In this document: piece by piece, positions 29,324 to 38,993 of the stretch
Position numbering within the stretch: the stretch's first letter is position 1
Layout: every line of letters begins with the position of its first letter
Assembly: GCA_050916045.1 (NCBI GenBank)
Contig: CP051526.1
Span: forward strand, 3,968,001-4,032,000
Reading direction: 5' to 3'
DNA length: 64,000 bases
Source of the DNA: Tepidisphaera sp.
GTDB lineage: Bacteria > Planctomycetota > Phycisphaerae > Phycisphaerales > UBA1924
Translations under genes and position numbers: made by a program
Notes under the pieces: model-generated
Databases searched by the model: none
The model's input: only the letters and a program-made list of their open reading frames with translations
What the model was told of the DNA's origin: nothing

Positions 29324-30919
29324 ATGCCCATCTTCCCGCTGCCTCAGTTCGAGGCCGATCTGAAAGAGCACCTCGACGCCGAGGACAAAAAGACGTACGA
29401 CGCGCTCCAGGTTCCCAAGACCGTCGTCGTCCGTTTCGGCGCGATGAAGCTCATCGGCGAGTTCCCCTACGACCTCAAGGTCAAGCCCGGCTGCGGGAGC
29501 AAGCTCGTCGTCCGCACCTTCCGCGGCACCGAGCTTGGTGAGATGCTCACCTCCACCTGCCCCAACAGCGGCTGCTCCAAAAGCGTGTCCCGCCAGGACA
29601 TGCTCAAGTACATCGAGAACTCCGGCGGCAAGGACTACCCCTTCTTCACCGACGGCAAGGTCGTCCGCGTCGCTACGCCCGAGGACATGCAAGCCCAGGC
29701 CCAGATCGAGCAGAGCAAGCACGAGCTCAACGTCCGCGCACGCTCCGTCGTCGCGCGCATGGGCATCGACGTCAAGATCGTCGAGGTCGAGCCGATCCTC
29801 GGGGCCGAGCGACTGACCGCTTACTACCTCTCCGAGCACCGCCTCGAACTGCACCACGTCGCCCGCGAGCTCTCAGCCGAGTTCCGCCTGCGCGTGGACA
29901 TGCGGCAGGTCGGCGCCCGCGACGAAGCCCGCCTGGTCGCCGACTACGAGAAGTGCGGCCAGTATTGCTGCTGCAAGAGCTTCCTCAAGGTGCTCAAGCC
30001 CGTCTCGATGAAAGCGGCCAAGACGCAGAAAGCCACGCTCGAGCCCCTCAAGATCTCGGGCCGCTGCGGACGCCTCATGTGCTGCTTGCGGTACGAGGAA
30101 CAGACCTACGACGACCTCAAAGCCCGCCTCCCACGGCGCAAGTCCCGCGTCGGAACGCCCGAAGGCGATGGCACCGTCATCGATTCCCAGATTCTGACCC
30201 AGCTTGTGCTCGTCGAGCTTGATGAACTCGACGGCGCCACCGGGCAGATCAAGACCGCCGCGATCGCGGTGGAAGACCTCACCGAGCCCAAGAGCAAGAC
30301 ACCGCCCGAGCGACCCGCGTTTGATGCGCCCCCCATGCGTGGCGGCGATCGACGCGGACCCCGCCCGAGCGCGCCCGGCGGCCCGACCGCGAGCCCGCCC
30401 CCGCGCCGCGACGGCGCGCCGCCCCCGCCGCGCCCCAGCGGTGACCGCGGAACCGATCGCCCGCAGGAGCGCCGGCCCGAACGCGGTGAACAGCGCGGTG
30501 AACAGCGCGGAGAGCCGCGGACGGATCAGAAAGGCGACCAGCGCCAGGACCAGCGCGGAGACCGTCGTCCGTCCGGACGGCCGGACCAGCGGCCCCGTCG
30601 CGAGAACCCGCAAGGCCAGCCGCGACCGCAGCAGCCCCGCCCGCCCGCACCGGGCGGTGCTCCGAACGGCACCCCAAACGCCGCGCCCGGTGGCCAGCGC
30701 CCGACGCCGGAAGCTCCCGATGCCGACGGACCGGACGAAGTGATGTTCGACGACCAGGGCAACGAGGTCGGACCCGAGCAGTCTGGATCCGGGCCCTCCG
30801 GCGGAGCATCCAACGGTCCGGCGAGTGGTGATCGCCGTCGCCGCCGACGTCGCCGAGGTCGTGGTGGCGGTGGTGGCGGTGGCGGTGGGAACGCGCCGTC
30901 GTCCGGCCCGCCCGTGTGA
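29324..30919 (+). CDS. ricT: PSP1/RicT (YaaT) Fe-S regulatory protein with a long disordered C-terminal tail
   Basis: DMRQVGARDEAR, CGQYCCC, MKAAKTQK and KISGRCGRLMCCLRYE. About 200-aa Pro/Arg/Gly/Gln tail. Confidence 0.88.
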   Translation: MPIFPLPQFEADLKEHLDAEDKKTYDALQVPKTVVVRFGAMKLIGEFPYDLKVKPGCGSKLVVRTFRGTELGEMLTSTCPNSGCSKSVSRQDMLKYIENSGGKDYPFFTDGKVVRVATPEDMQAQAQIEQSKHELNVRARSVVARMGIDVKIVEVEPILGAERLTAYYLSEHRLELHHVARELSAEFRLRVDMRQVGARDEARLVADYEKCGQYCCCKSFLKVLKPVSMKAAKTQKATLEPLKISGRCGRLMCCLRYEEQTYDDLKARLPRRKSRVGTPEGDGTVIDSQILTQLVLVELDELDGATGQIKTAAIAVEDLTEPKSKTPPERPAFDAPPMRGGDRRGPRPSAPGGPTASPPPRRDGAPPPPRPSGDRGTDRPQERRPERGEQRGEQRGEPRTDQKGDQRQDQRGDRRPSGRPDQRPRRENPQGQPRPQQPRPPAPGGAPNGTPNAAPGGQRPTPEAPDADGPDEVMFDDQGNEVGPEQSGSGPSGGASNGPASGDRRRRRRRRGRGGGGGGGGGNAPSSGPPV

Positions 30920-30951
30920 TCCGCGCGAACGTCGAGTCCGATCGTACTGCA

Positions 30952-31929
30952 ATGCCCGACCAAACTGTTCGCACGGTGGAATCCGCACATCCGCACCAGT
31001 GTCTGGGCTGCGGATATGACCTTACCGGGATCGCGGTCGACGCGATGTGCCCCGAGTGCGGGATAAACGTTGCGGATTCCCTCCCTGCCTCGCTCGCTCC
31101 GCCGATCTCAGCCGACACTGTCGTGGCGAGCCCACACCCCCAGCCGTGCTTCCGGTGCTTCTACGACCTGCGCGGAGTGCCGATGCTCTCGCCCTGCCCA
31201 GAGTGCGGCCTTCCGGTCGCGGATTCGCTTCGAACGCTGAAACTTCACTTCGCCGATCCGCGATACCTCGAGCGGCTTCGCTCCGGGCTTCGGCTTGTTC
31301 GGCGGTCCATTCAAGCACTCACGCTCACGGTCGTCATCACGCTGCCGGCCATCCTCTTGCTCGTGGTTTTCAGTCCGGGACTTCCCGGGTGGCTCGCGAT
31401 CTTCTTTGCCGGCGCGGCATCCGCCATCATGCTTGTTGCGATGTGCATCGGGTATATCCGCATCACCCGACAGGAGGCCGGTCTGCCCACGGTCGAGCGT
31501 CCCACGCATTCCGCCGCGATCCTGCAGATCGCGTCGTACGCACTGATCGCGCTGGTCGCGGTCAGTCTCGCGGTGTTGACGATCCAGCTCGAGTGGCTTC
31601 CCGTGGAGGCCTACGCGGTGATACTCCTGCTGGCATGGATGCTGCTCTGTGTGCAGGCGGTGGCCGCGATGAACTGCGTTCGGTGGTACGCTCGCCGAGT
31701 CCCAGACGTGACACTCGAGGGCTGGTGCAGAAAGCAGCGTGTGCTCCTGCCGATCCTGTTTCTCTTTGGCATCTCCACCCCGATGATGGCCGGCACGTTC
31801 GTCGCGATCTTCCTTTACCTGCGGATTCTCGGCCGCTTGCAAAAGCACCTCACCTCGATCGAGAAGACCGGCGTGCCCGCGTTTGTCCCCGGTTCCTTCG
31901 CCCAACGCGACCTGACCGCGACAACGTGA
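30952..31929 (+). CDS. Multi-TM protein with two N-terminal zinc ribbons
   Basis: CLGCGYDLTG...CPECG and CFRCFYDLRG...CPECG, then about 6 TM helices. Confidence 0.75.
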   Translation: MPDQTVRTVESAHPHQCLGCGYDLTGIAVDAMCPECGINVADSLPASLAPPISADTVVASPHPQPCFRCFYDLRGVPMLSPCPECGLPVADSLRTLKLHFADPRYLERLRSGLRLVRRSIQALTLTVVITLPAILLLVVFSPGLPGWLAIFFAGAASAIMLVAMCIGYIRITRQEAGLPTVERPTHSAAILQIASYALIALVAVSLAVLTIQLEWLPVEAYAVILLLAWMLLCVQAVAAMNCVRWYARRVPDVTLEGWCRKQRVLLPILFLFGISTPMMAGTFVAIFLYLRILGRLQKHLTSIEKTGVPAFVPGSFAQRDLTATT

Positions 31930-31947
31930 GGCCGATGCAGCACTCGG

Positions 31948-32451
31948 TCAGAAAACTCGCAGAAGCTGCAGAGCGATCGCGGCGTAGACACCGGCGATCA
32001 AGTCATCGATCAGGATGCCCCAGCCCGCCGGGATCCGCTGTAAGCCACGGGCCGGCCAGGGCTTGACGATGTCCATCAGGCGAAAGAGGATGAAGGCCCA
32101 GAAGACCGCGACCGTGACCTTCCACCAATCGGCTTCGGCTGCCAGAGGCAGGAAGCAAAGCGGGATGCACTGGCCGGCGGTTTCGTCGGCGACGGCTTCG
32201 GAAGGATCCTTGCCCCAGCGAGCCTCGGCACGATCCCCTTCGAGGATGCACGCGGCGCACGCTCCGAGAAAGAGCAGGCCGATCGCGAGGTAGTAGAAGG
32301 ATGGGCCCGCCGGATGGACCGAGATCGGCGACAAGCCCGCGACGAAAAGCACCATGACCAGAAGCACAGGCGGCAACGAACCCCAGGTTCCCGGGGCGGG
32401 CCGGAGGTGGCCGATTCCAAGCACGGTGATGAGCGTCAGAGGGTTCCGCAT
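31948..32451 (-). CDS. pgpA: Phosphatidylglycerophosphatase A
   Basis: PAPGTWGS, DPSEAVADE, FRLMDIVKPWP and GWGILIDDLIAG. Confidence 0.93.
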   Translation of the reverse strand: MRNPLTLITVLGIGHLRPAPGTWGSLPPVLLVMVLFVAGLSPISVHPAGPSFYYLAIGLLFLGACAACILEGDRAEARWGKDPSEAVADETAGQCIPLCFLPLAAEADWWKVTVAVFWAFILFRLMDIVKPWPARGLQRIPAGWGILIDDLIAGVYAAIALQLLRVF

Positions 32452-32454
32452 GGA

Positions 32455-33204
32455 TCAAGCTCGGGCTGAAAACGCGGCCATCCCGCGTGTGATGTAAGGA
32501 ATGCCGCTGACCACCGTGACCGCCACGGTCGCCCACACCGCGACGGAAACCACCCAGCCACCCCACCCCTCCGATGGATCGGTCAGGGCGGGCACGATCA
32601 GCACCAACGGGATCACCACCGACTGCACGATCATCTTGAGCTTGCCCGAAAACGACGCGGAGAAGTCCTTCCCCTCGGCTTCAAGGACCGCCCGGATCGA
32701 GGTGATGAGGAGCTCGCGGCCGAGGATGACGACGACCATCCAGGTCTCAACGCCCGTGATTTGGACGAGGCGGCCCGGAATTTCGAGCGTGAACTGAGGC
32801 CCGGCGAGCATCACGAACGCTCCCACGACCAGGATCTTGTCCGCGAAGGGGTCCATGATGCGCCCGAAACGTGTCACCGCACCCCACCGCCGGGCGAGGT
32901 ATCCATCCAAAGCGTCCGTTCCGGCCGCGATCCCGAAACAGGCGGCCGCAAGCCAAAGCCGCCAGACCGGCGCTCCCCCTTCGCCGTCGGGCCCCCCGGT
33001 CCAGCCCGCAGGAGAGCGCCAGAGGGCAAGCTGCACGAAAAACACCAACGAAAGCGCGAGTCGTGAGAGGGTGATGGCGTTGGGAAGCCACCTCCTCCAT
33101 CCAACGGCGACGGTGACCTGGCCCGCTCCTCTGCCAGCGTCAGACGGCGGCGACGGGGGCGCGCCGGGCGCATGAGCGTGTGAGGAGGATTGAGGTTCGG
33201 TCAT
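32455..33204 (-). CDS. pgsA: CDP-diacylglycerol--glycerol-3-phosphate 3-phosphatidyltransferase
   Basis: LPNAITLSR, TDALDGYLARR...FGRIMDPFADK, GRELLIT and GKLKM. Confidence 0.9.
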   Translation of the reverse strand: MTEPQSSSHAHAPGAPPSPPSDAGRGAGQVTVAVGWRRWLPNAITLSRLALSLVFFVQLALWRSPAGWTGGPDGEGGAPVWRLWLAAACFGIAAGTDALDGYLARRWGAVTRFGRIMDPFADKILVVGAFVMLAGPQFTLEIPGRLVQITGVETWMVVVILGRELLITSIRAVLEAEGKDFSASFSGKLKMIVQSVVIPLVLIVPALTDPSEGWGGWVVSVAVWATVAVTVVSGIPYITRGMAAFSARA

Positions 33205-33379
33205 TGTGCCATCCTACCCGTGCCGGTGTCGCGATGTCCGGCCGGAGGGGCTTCGAAGGCGGGCCGGTTGAACCTGAGGTCCGCCCAAACTATCCTGTCG
33301 GCTCGTTTGGCGGTCCCGCAGGGGTGCGGGCCTGGAGTTTTGGGGAGGGGTATGGGGGAGACAGCTCGAGGCGTTTCCT

Positions 33380-34399
33380 TTGGATTCCATCATCAGCCCG
33401 ATCCTCTTGCTCTCCTTGTGCGCCGTTGGTGCCATTGGTCTGTGCTTGGCACTTCCGAGACGGGGCAGGACCCCGCAGGTCGCCGGCGCGGCCGTGGCGG
33501 GCCTTGCCATCGGCGCGATCGTGATCGCTCTGACGCTCAAGAACCCCGATCACGCTCCCAACATCTATTACTACCTGTTCTCGGCGATCGCGCTGGGATC
33601 GGCTTTGCGGGTGATCACCCATCCAAAGCCCGTCTACGCGGCGTTGTACTTCATCCTGACGATCATCGCGACCGCGGGGTTGTACCTGATTCTCTCGGCG
33701 GAGTTCGTCTCCTTCGCTCTGATCATCGTGTACGCCGGGGCGATCCTGATCACGTATCTGTTCGTCATCATGCTGGCGAGCCAGTCTCCGGCGGAAGAGG
33801 ACGACCGGGGCGAAGCGGATTACGACATCACGGCCCGCGAGCCGATCGCGGCTTCGGTGGTCGGTTTCCTGCTGCTGGCGGGGCTTTCGAGCCTGGCTTT
33901 CCGGGGAACGAACTCGCTCCCGGCGACCACCGCGGCGGTGGCTGGGATGCACTCGACACACAAGCTCTCCAAGCCTCGGGCCGAGCGGGAGATGGAAATC
34001 CTGACCGACATGCCCCGCCGGCTCAAAGCCGAGATGGTGGATGCGGGCGTGATCTCGGAACGGGATGAGATCGTCCTGAACGACAAGGGCGAGCCGATGT
34101 ACGACGCTTCCGCCCACGCCGTGATGGTTCGCGGGGTGAGTCGCGACGGCATTCCGGCCTCGGAGCGGGTCGTGCCGCTGCCCGAGAGCGTCTCGATCCG
34201 GAACGTGGAAGAAGTCGGGTTCAATCTTCTGGCCGAGCACCCCGGGTCGATCGAGATCGCGGGCGTGATCCTGCTGATGGCGATGCTGGGAGCGGTGGTC
34301 CTGAGCCGCAAGCAGGTCGAGCTTGACGAAGAACTCAAGAAGCAGCAGGCCCGGCAGCTCGCCGGCGGCACCGCGGATGGACTTGGAGGTGCGGCGTGA
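33380..34399 (+). CDS. nuoJ: NADH-quinone oxidoreductase subunit J (enlarged)
   Basis: PVYAALYF, AEF..., IIVYAGAILITYLFVIML and EIAGVILLMAMLGAVVL. TTG start. Confidence 0.9.
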   Translation: MDSIISPILLLSLCAVGAIGLCLALPRRGRTPQVAGAAVAGLAIGAIVIALTLKNPDHAPNIYYYLFSAIALGSALRVITHPKPVYAALYFILTIIATAGLYLILSAEFVSFALIIVYAGAILITYLFVIMLASQSPAEEDDRGEADYDITAREPIAASVVGFLLLAGLSSLAFRGTNSLPATTAAVAGMHSTHKLSKPRAEREMEILTDMPRRLKAEMVDAGVISERDEIVLNDKGEPMYDASAHAVMVRGVSRDGIPASERVVPLPESVSIRNVEEVGFNLLAEHPGSIEIAGVILLMAMLGAVVLSRKQVELDEELKKQQARQLAGGTADGLGGAA

Positions 34400-34764
34400 C
34401 GGGACTACTCGCGTTTGCGGACGCCGCCCAAGCCGCGGGAAGCACCGCGCCGGTGATGCACGAAGCCACGCTCGCCCACTACCTGTTAGTGGCGATCGCG
34501 ATGTTCGTGATCGGCGTGGTAGGGTTCCTGACGCGTCGCAACCTGATCATCATGTTCCTGTGCACGGAGCTCATGTTCCTGGGCGCGGGGATCGCACTCA
34601 TCGCCTTCGGCCGGTTCTGGCTTGACGCCACCGGACAGAGCTTTGTCATCTTCGTGATCACCGTGGCGGCCGCGGAAGCGGCGATGGCTCTGGCGCTGGT
34701 GGTGCTGCTTTTCCGCAAGCGTGAAACGCTCTCGGCGGACGAGTGGCAGGAGCTTAAGGGCTGA
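34396..34764 (+). CDS. nuoK: NADH-quinone oxidoreductase subunit K
   Basis: RRNLIIMFLCTELM and VAAAEAA (both conserved Glu residues). Confidence 0.93.
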   Translation: MTGLLAFADAAQAAGSTAPVMHEATLAHYLLVAIAMFVIGVVGFLTRRNLIIMFLCTELMFLGAGIALIAFGRFWLDATGQSFVIFVITVAAAEAAMALALVVLLFRKRETLSADEWQELKG

Positions 34765-34860
34765 ACGTCTGAAGGTTGACCGAGGTTGGACAGAGGATTC
34801 GCGCTGAACTTTCCGTCGGGGGAGACCACCCCGCTTCTGAAGCAAGGACCCCTCGTGACG

Positions 34861-37206
34861 ATGATCGCCGACATTCTGACGAGCCTGACGCTCGCTTCCG
34901 CCGAAGGCGGCGCCGTGGACGCCGCCCGCGTCGAGCTGGCGAAGTACATCCCGCTGCTCCCGCTGCTTGGGTTCCTGGTGGCCGGGGCGGCAGCGTTCCT
35001 GAAGGTCAAGAACAAGCTCCCGGCGTTCTTCTCGGTCGCCTGCCTCGCTGGGTCGTTCGTCCTGACCCTGCTTGTCTTTATGGCGTGGCCGGCGCCGACC
35101 GGGCACGGTCCGGGGCCGCATCAGATCGTCAAGCTCTTTGATTGGATCACGTTCAGCTACGGCGGAGCGGCGGACAAAGCTCCCAGCACCGACTTCATCG
35201 CGAATTTCGCGTTCTACATCGACTCCCTGACGCTGCTCTGGATGCTCTTCGTCACGGGCCTGGCGACGCTGATCGCCCTGTACGCCAGCGAGTACATGTC
35301 GCACGATGTGGGGATGGGGTACTGCCGGTTCTTCGCGGCATTCAACCTCTTCGTGTTCAGCATGGCCTGCCTGGTGATGGGCGACAACCTCGTGCTGCTC
35401 TACCTGGGCTGGGAGGGTGTCGGTCTCTGCTCGTACCTGCTGATCGGGTACTTCTACAAGAAGCCCTCGGCGGTCGCGGCGGCCAAGAAAGCGTTCATCA
35501 TGAACCGCATCGGTGACCTGGGCCTGGCCCTGGGCATCATGCTCACTTACGTGCACTTCGGGAGCGTCGAGTACGCGGTGATCTTCCAGAAAGCAGAGCC
35601 GTACCTCCGCATGCTGGAGCTCGGCCGCTGGAACGAGATCCCGATGATCGTCCAGGCGATCCCGCTGCTGCTGATGGTCGGTGCGTTCGGCAAGTCGGCC
35701 CAGCTTCCGCTTTACGTCTGGCTTCCGGACGCGATGGAAGGTCCGACGCCGGTTTCGGCGCTGATCCACGCGGCGACGATGGTGACGGCGGGCGTGTACC
35801 TGATCGCCCGGACGTACCCGCTGTTCCTGCTGAGCGAGTGGGCTCTGCCGATTGTCGCGATCGTGGGCGCTCTGACCGCGCTGGTCGCCGCCACGATCGG
35901 CATGGCCCAGTTCGACATCAAGCGGATCATGGCGTATTCGACCGTGTCGCAGCTCGGGTACATGTTCGCGGGCCTGGGCGTGCTCTCCTCGACGGGCGCG
36001 GCGTTCCACGTCTTCACGCACGCGTTCTTCAAAGCCATGCTCTTCCTTTCCTGCGGCGCCGTGATGCACGGGTTCGCGGGCCAGCTCGACCTCCGCAAGC
36101 TTTCGGGGGTCGCGTTCATGAAGGGCTGGGGCATCGTCGGCATCGCGATGTTCGTCGGGTGCCTCAACCTCGCGGGCTTCCCGTTCACGGCGGGGTACTT
36201 CTCCAAGGACATGATCCTTGCCGAAGCGTTCACGACGCCCGGCGGCCAGGTGATCGGCTGGATCCTGCTCATCACCGCGGGTCTCACCGCGTACTACACG
36301 TTCCGCGTCTTCTTCCGCGTCTTCGTCGGGCCGCAGCACTTTGAACCCGGCGATGAGCTTCACGCTCACGACGACCATGGCCATGGCGACCACGGGCACG
36401 ATGCGCACGGGCATGACCATGGTCACGGGCACGAAGCGAAAGCCGAAACTCATGGCCACGACGCCCTTGGCAAGGGCCACGAGGATTTCCATCCGCACGC
36501 TCCGGGCTGGGCGATTAACACCGTGCTCGCGATTCTCACGGTCGCAAGCCTCGCCGCGGCGTTCACCTACATCGTCCCCACCCCTGCCGGTCACGGCGGC
36601 TGGGTCGGCGGAATGGTGAGCTCGAGCAGCGCTTCGTACCACACGCCGTTCCACTTTGAGGGCCACGGCAAGACCGAAACCAAAGCCGGCGAAGCGGGCC
36701 ACTCGCACGCCGACCCCGCGCCGCAGGGTCTTGTGAAGGAAGCCGCCGTTCTGGAAGCCGAAAGCGGCCAGAAGCTTCACGCCGGGTCGTTCCTGGGTAT
36801 GGACCCGCACAAGGTGATGTACTACGTCTCGGGCGTGGTCGGCTTTGTGGGCATCGCGGTCGCGTTCCTGCTTCACTACGTCGGCCGGACGACGGCCGCG
36901 ACGAGCAAAGCTGACGCGCTCTTGCCCGCTTTCGGCGCGGTCGCCCGGGGTGCGCAGCACAAGTGGTACGTGGATGAGATCTACGACTTCCTGATTCGCA
37001 AGCCCCTCTGGGTCTTCTCGAACATCTTCCACCTCGTGGACAAGCTTGTGGTGGACGGCATCGTCAACCTGTTCGGTTGGCTGCCCCGGGCACTCGGCGG
37101 GACGATCCGTCCGAGCCAGTCCGGTTTGCTTCACGGGTACGCGGCGGGCATGGCCGGCGGGCTTGCTCTCCTTCTCCTGATCGCGCTGTGGGTGTCCTTC
37201 GCATGA
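34861..37206 (+). CDS. nuoL: NADH-quinone oxidoreductase subunit L
   Basis: GWEGVGLCSYLLIG, KAFIMNRIGD, WLPDAMEGPTPVSALIHAATMV and THAFFKA. Confidence 0.96.
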   Translation: MIADILTSLTLASAEGGAVDAARVELAKYIPLLPLLGFLVAGAAAFLKVKNKLPAFFSVACLAGSFVLTLLVFMAWPAPTGHGPGPHQIVKLFDWITFSYGGAADKAPSTDFIANFAFYIDSLTLLWMLFVTGLATLIALYASEYMSHDVGMGYCRFFAAFNLFVFSMACLVMGDNLVLLYLGWEGVGLCSYLLIGYFYKKPSAVAAAKKAFIMNRIGDLGLALGIMLTYVHFGSVEYAVIFQKAEPYLRMLELGRWNEIPMIVQAIPLLLMVGAFGKSAQLPLYVWLPDAMEGPTPVSALIHAATMVTAGVYLIARTYPLFLLSEWALPIVAIVGALTALVAATIGMAQFDIKRIMAYSTVSQLGYMFAGLGVLSSTGAAFHVFTHAFFKAMLFLSCGAVMHGFAGQLDLRKLSGVAFMKGWGIVGIAMFVGCLNLAGFPFTAGYFSKDMILAEAFTTPGGQVIGWILLITAGLTAYYTFRVFFRVFVGPQHFEPGDELHAHDDHGHGDHGHDAHGHDHGHGHEAKAETHGHDALGKGHEDFHPHAPGWAINTVLAILTVASLAAAFTYIVPTPAGHGGWVGGMVSSSSASYHTPFHFEGHGKTETKAGEAGHSHADPAPQGLVKEAAVLEAESGQKLHAGSFLGMDPHKVMYYVSGVVGFVGIAVAFLLHYVGRTTAATSKADALLPAFGAVARGAQHKWYVDEIYDFLIRKPLWVFSNIFHLVDKLVVDGIVNLFGWLPRALGGTIRPSQSGLLHGYAAGMAGGLALLLLIALWVSFA

Positions 37207-38993
37207 CTCCATTCGGCATCCTCGCCGCTCTCATCGTGATCCCGCTGGCCACGGCCGGCGCGGTCGCCGCACTCCCGGCTCGCAACGCCAAGTGGGTCGC
37301 GCTCCTTGGCACCATGGCCGCACTGCTGGCCGGGGTGGCTTCGTGCTCGCAATATCCGTGGGAGATGTCCGCGCAGCCGCAGCTCACCAGCGAGCTTGAG
37401 TGGATCCCCTCTCTGGGGCTGAAGTTCTCGCTGGGCGCCGACGGGGTGAGCTTCGCCCTGATCCTGCTGACGCTGCTCCTGGGCCCGGTGTGCGTCGCGT
37501 GTTCGTTCACGGCGATCACGGACCGGGTCAAGACCTACTACAGCTGGCTTCTGATCCTGCAGGCCGCGATGACGGGGGTTTTCGCCGCGCAGGACCTGAT
37601 CCTGTTCTACATCTGCTTCGAGTTCACGCTGATCCCGATGTTCATCCTGATCAGCCTGTACGGGTCGACGAACCGCCGGGCGGCGTCAATCAAGTTCTTC
37701 CTGTACACGTTCACGGGTTCGATCATCGCGCTGGCCGGGTTTGTCTTCCTGGCGTACACGCACAGCCGGACGACCGGCGGTGTCTGGTCCTACGACATCG
37801 CGGCCCTGACCAAGACCGCCGCGACACTCCCGCTGGACACGCAGAAGTGGGTCCTGCTGGCTCTCATGCTCGGGTTCGCGGTCAAGATCCCGCTCTTCCC
37901 GTTCCACACGTGGCTGCCGCTGGCTCACACCGAAGCTCCGACGGCGGGCTCGGTCATTCTGGCCGGCGTGCTTCTCAAGCTCGGCACGTACGGCTTGTTC
38001 CGGTTCGCGCTGCCGATGGCTCCCGAAGCGGTGGTGCACTTTGCTCCGTTCCTGGCCGGGCTTTGCATCGTGGGGATCCTCTATGGCGGGCTGATCTGCT
38101 GGGTGCAGCAGGACGTCAAGAAGCTGGTCGCGTACTCGTCGGTGGCCCACCTTGGGTTCTGCATCCTCGGCTTGCTCGCGCTCAACAACATCGGGATCCG
38201 CGGGGCGGTCCTCTACATGATCAACCACGGCCTGTCGACGGGCGGGCTGTTCCTCCTGATCGGCATGATGTACGAGCGGTACCACACCCGCGACATGCGA
38301 GAGATCGGCGGCCTGGCGGCGAAGATGCCGATCTGGGCGACCTTCATGGTCTTCTTCGCGATGGCGTCGGTCGGCCTGCCGGGTCTGAACGGGTTCGTCT
38401 CCGAGTTCATGTGCCTGCTGGGCACGTTCCAGGCGTCTCCGATCTGGGAATCCGGGACGTGCGTGATGAACGGCGGCGATACCCCGAAAGCGACCGTCGG
38501 CGGCCAGCTTGGCCCGATCTACGCGGCCATCGCCGGCATCGGCATGATCATCGCCGCGATGTACCTGCTCATGATGCTCGGCAAGGTCGTCTGGGGTCCG
38601 CTCAAGGAGCCGCACAGCCATGATCATGGTTCCGACCACGGGCACGGCTCGCACGACCACGCCGGTCCGCTCCCCACGGATCTGGGCCTCCGCGAGATTC
38701 TCGTGCTTCTGCCGATGGCGGCGGGCTGCATCTGGCTGGGTGTCTATCCCAAGCCTGCTCTCGAAGCGATCAACCCGTCCTGCTCGGCGCTGGTCACGAC
38801 GATGACGCAAGCCGCCGAGCGGTACAACGCCACGCACACGGAGCGGACCAATCCCCCGGGCTCGACGCCCGCGCCGGGCTCTCCGGCGAGTGGAAGCCTC
38901 AACCCCCGCATGTTCCGCGAAGCCGCTCCCGAAACCCCCGCTCCTGAAGCCGGCCACGCACCCGCGAATCAGCCCAAGGAGGCCGGTCAATGA
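37203..38993 (+). CDS. nuoM: NADH-quinone oxidoreductase subunit M
   Basis: FYICFE, FPFHTWLPLAHTEAPTAGSVILAGVLLKLG, KKLVAYSSVAH and GLPGLNGFVSE. Confidence 0.96.
   Translation: MTPFGILAALIVIPLATAGAVAALPARNAKWVALLGTMAALLAGVASCSQYPWEMSAQPQLTSELEWIPSLGLKFSLGADGVSFALILLTLLLGPVCVACSFTAITDRVKTYYSWLLILQAAMTGVFAAQDLILFYICFEFTLIPMFILISLYGSTNRRAASIKFFLYTFTGSIIALAGFVFLAYTHSRTTGGVWSYDIAALTKTAATLPLDTQKWVLLALMLGFAVKIPLFPFHTWLPLAHTEAPTAGSVILAGVLLKLGTYGLFRFALPMAPEAVVHFAPFLAGLCIVGILYGGLICWVQQDVKKLVAYSSVAHLGFCILGLLALNNIGIRGAVLYMINHGLSTGGLFLLIGMMYERYHTRDMREIGGLAAKMPIWATFMVFFAMASVGLPGLNGFVSEFMCLLGTFQASPIWESGTCVMNGGDTPKATVGGQLGPIYAAIAGIGMIIAAMYLLMMLGKVVWGPLKEPHSHDHGSDHGHGSHDHAGPLPTDLGLREILVLLPMAAGCIWLGVYPKPALEAINPSCSALVTTMTQAAERYNATHTERTNPPGSTPAPGSPASGSLNPRMFREAAPETPAPEAGHAPANQPKEAGQ

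Noticed and set aside
30480..30560. Short tandem repeats (CGCGGTGAACAG twice) as a CRISPR or VNTR
   Set aside because: In-frame low-complexity coding of the RicT tail, with no spacers or cas genes.
36360..36500. CAC/GAC/GGC repeats
   Set aside because: They encode the NuoL His-rich loop and are not a DNA repeat element.
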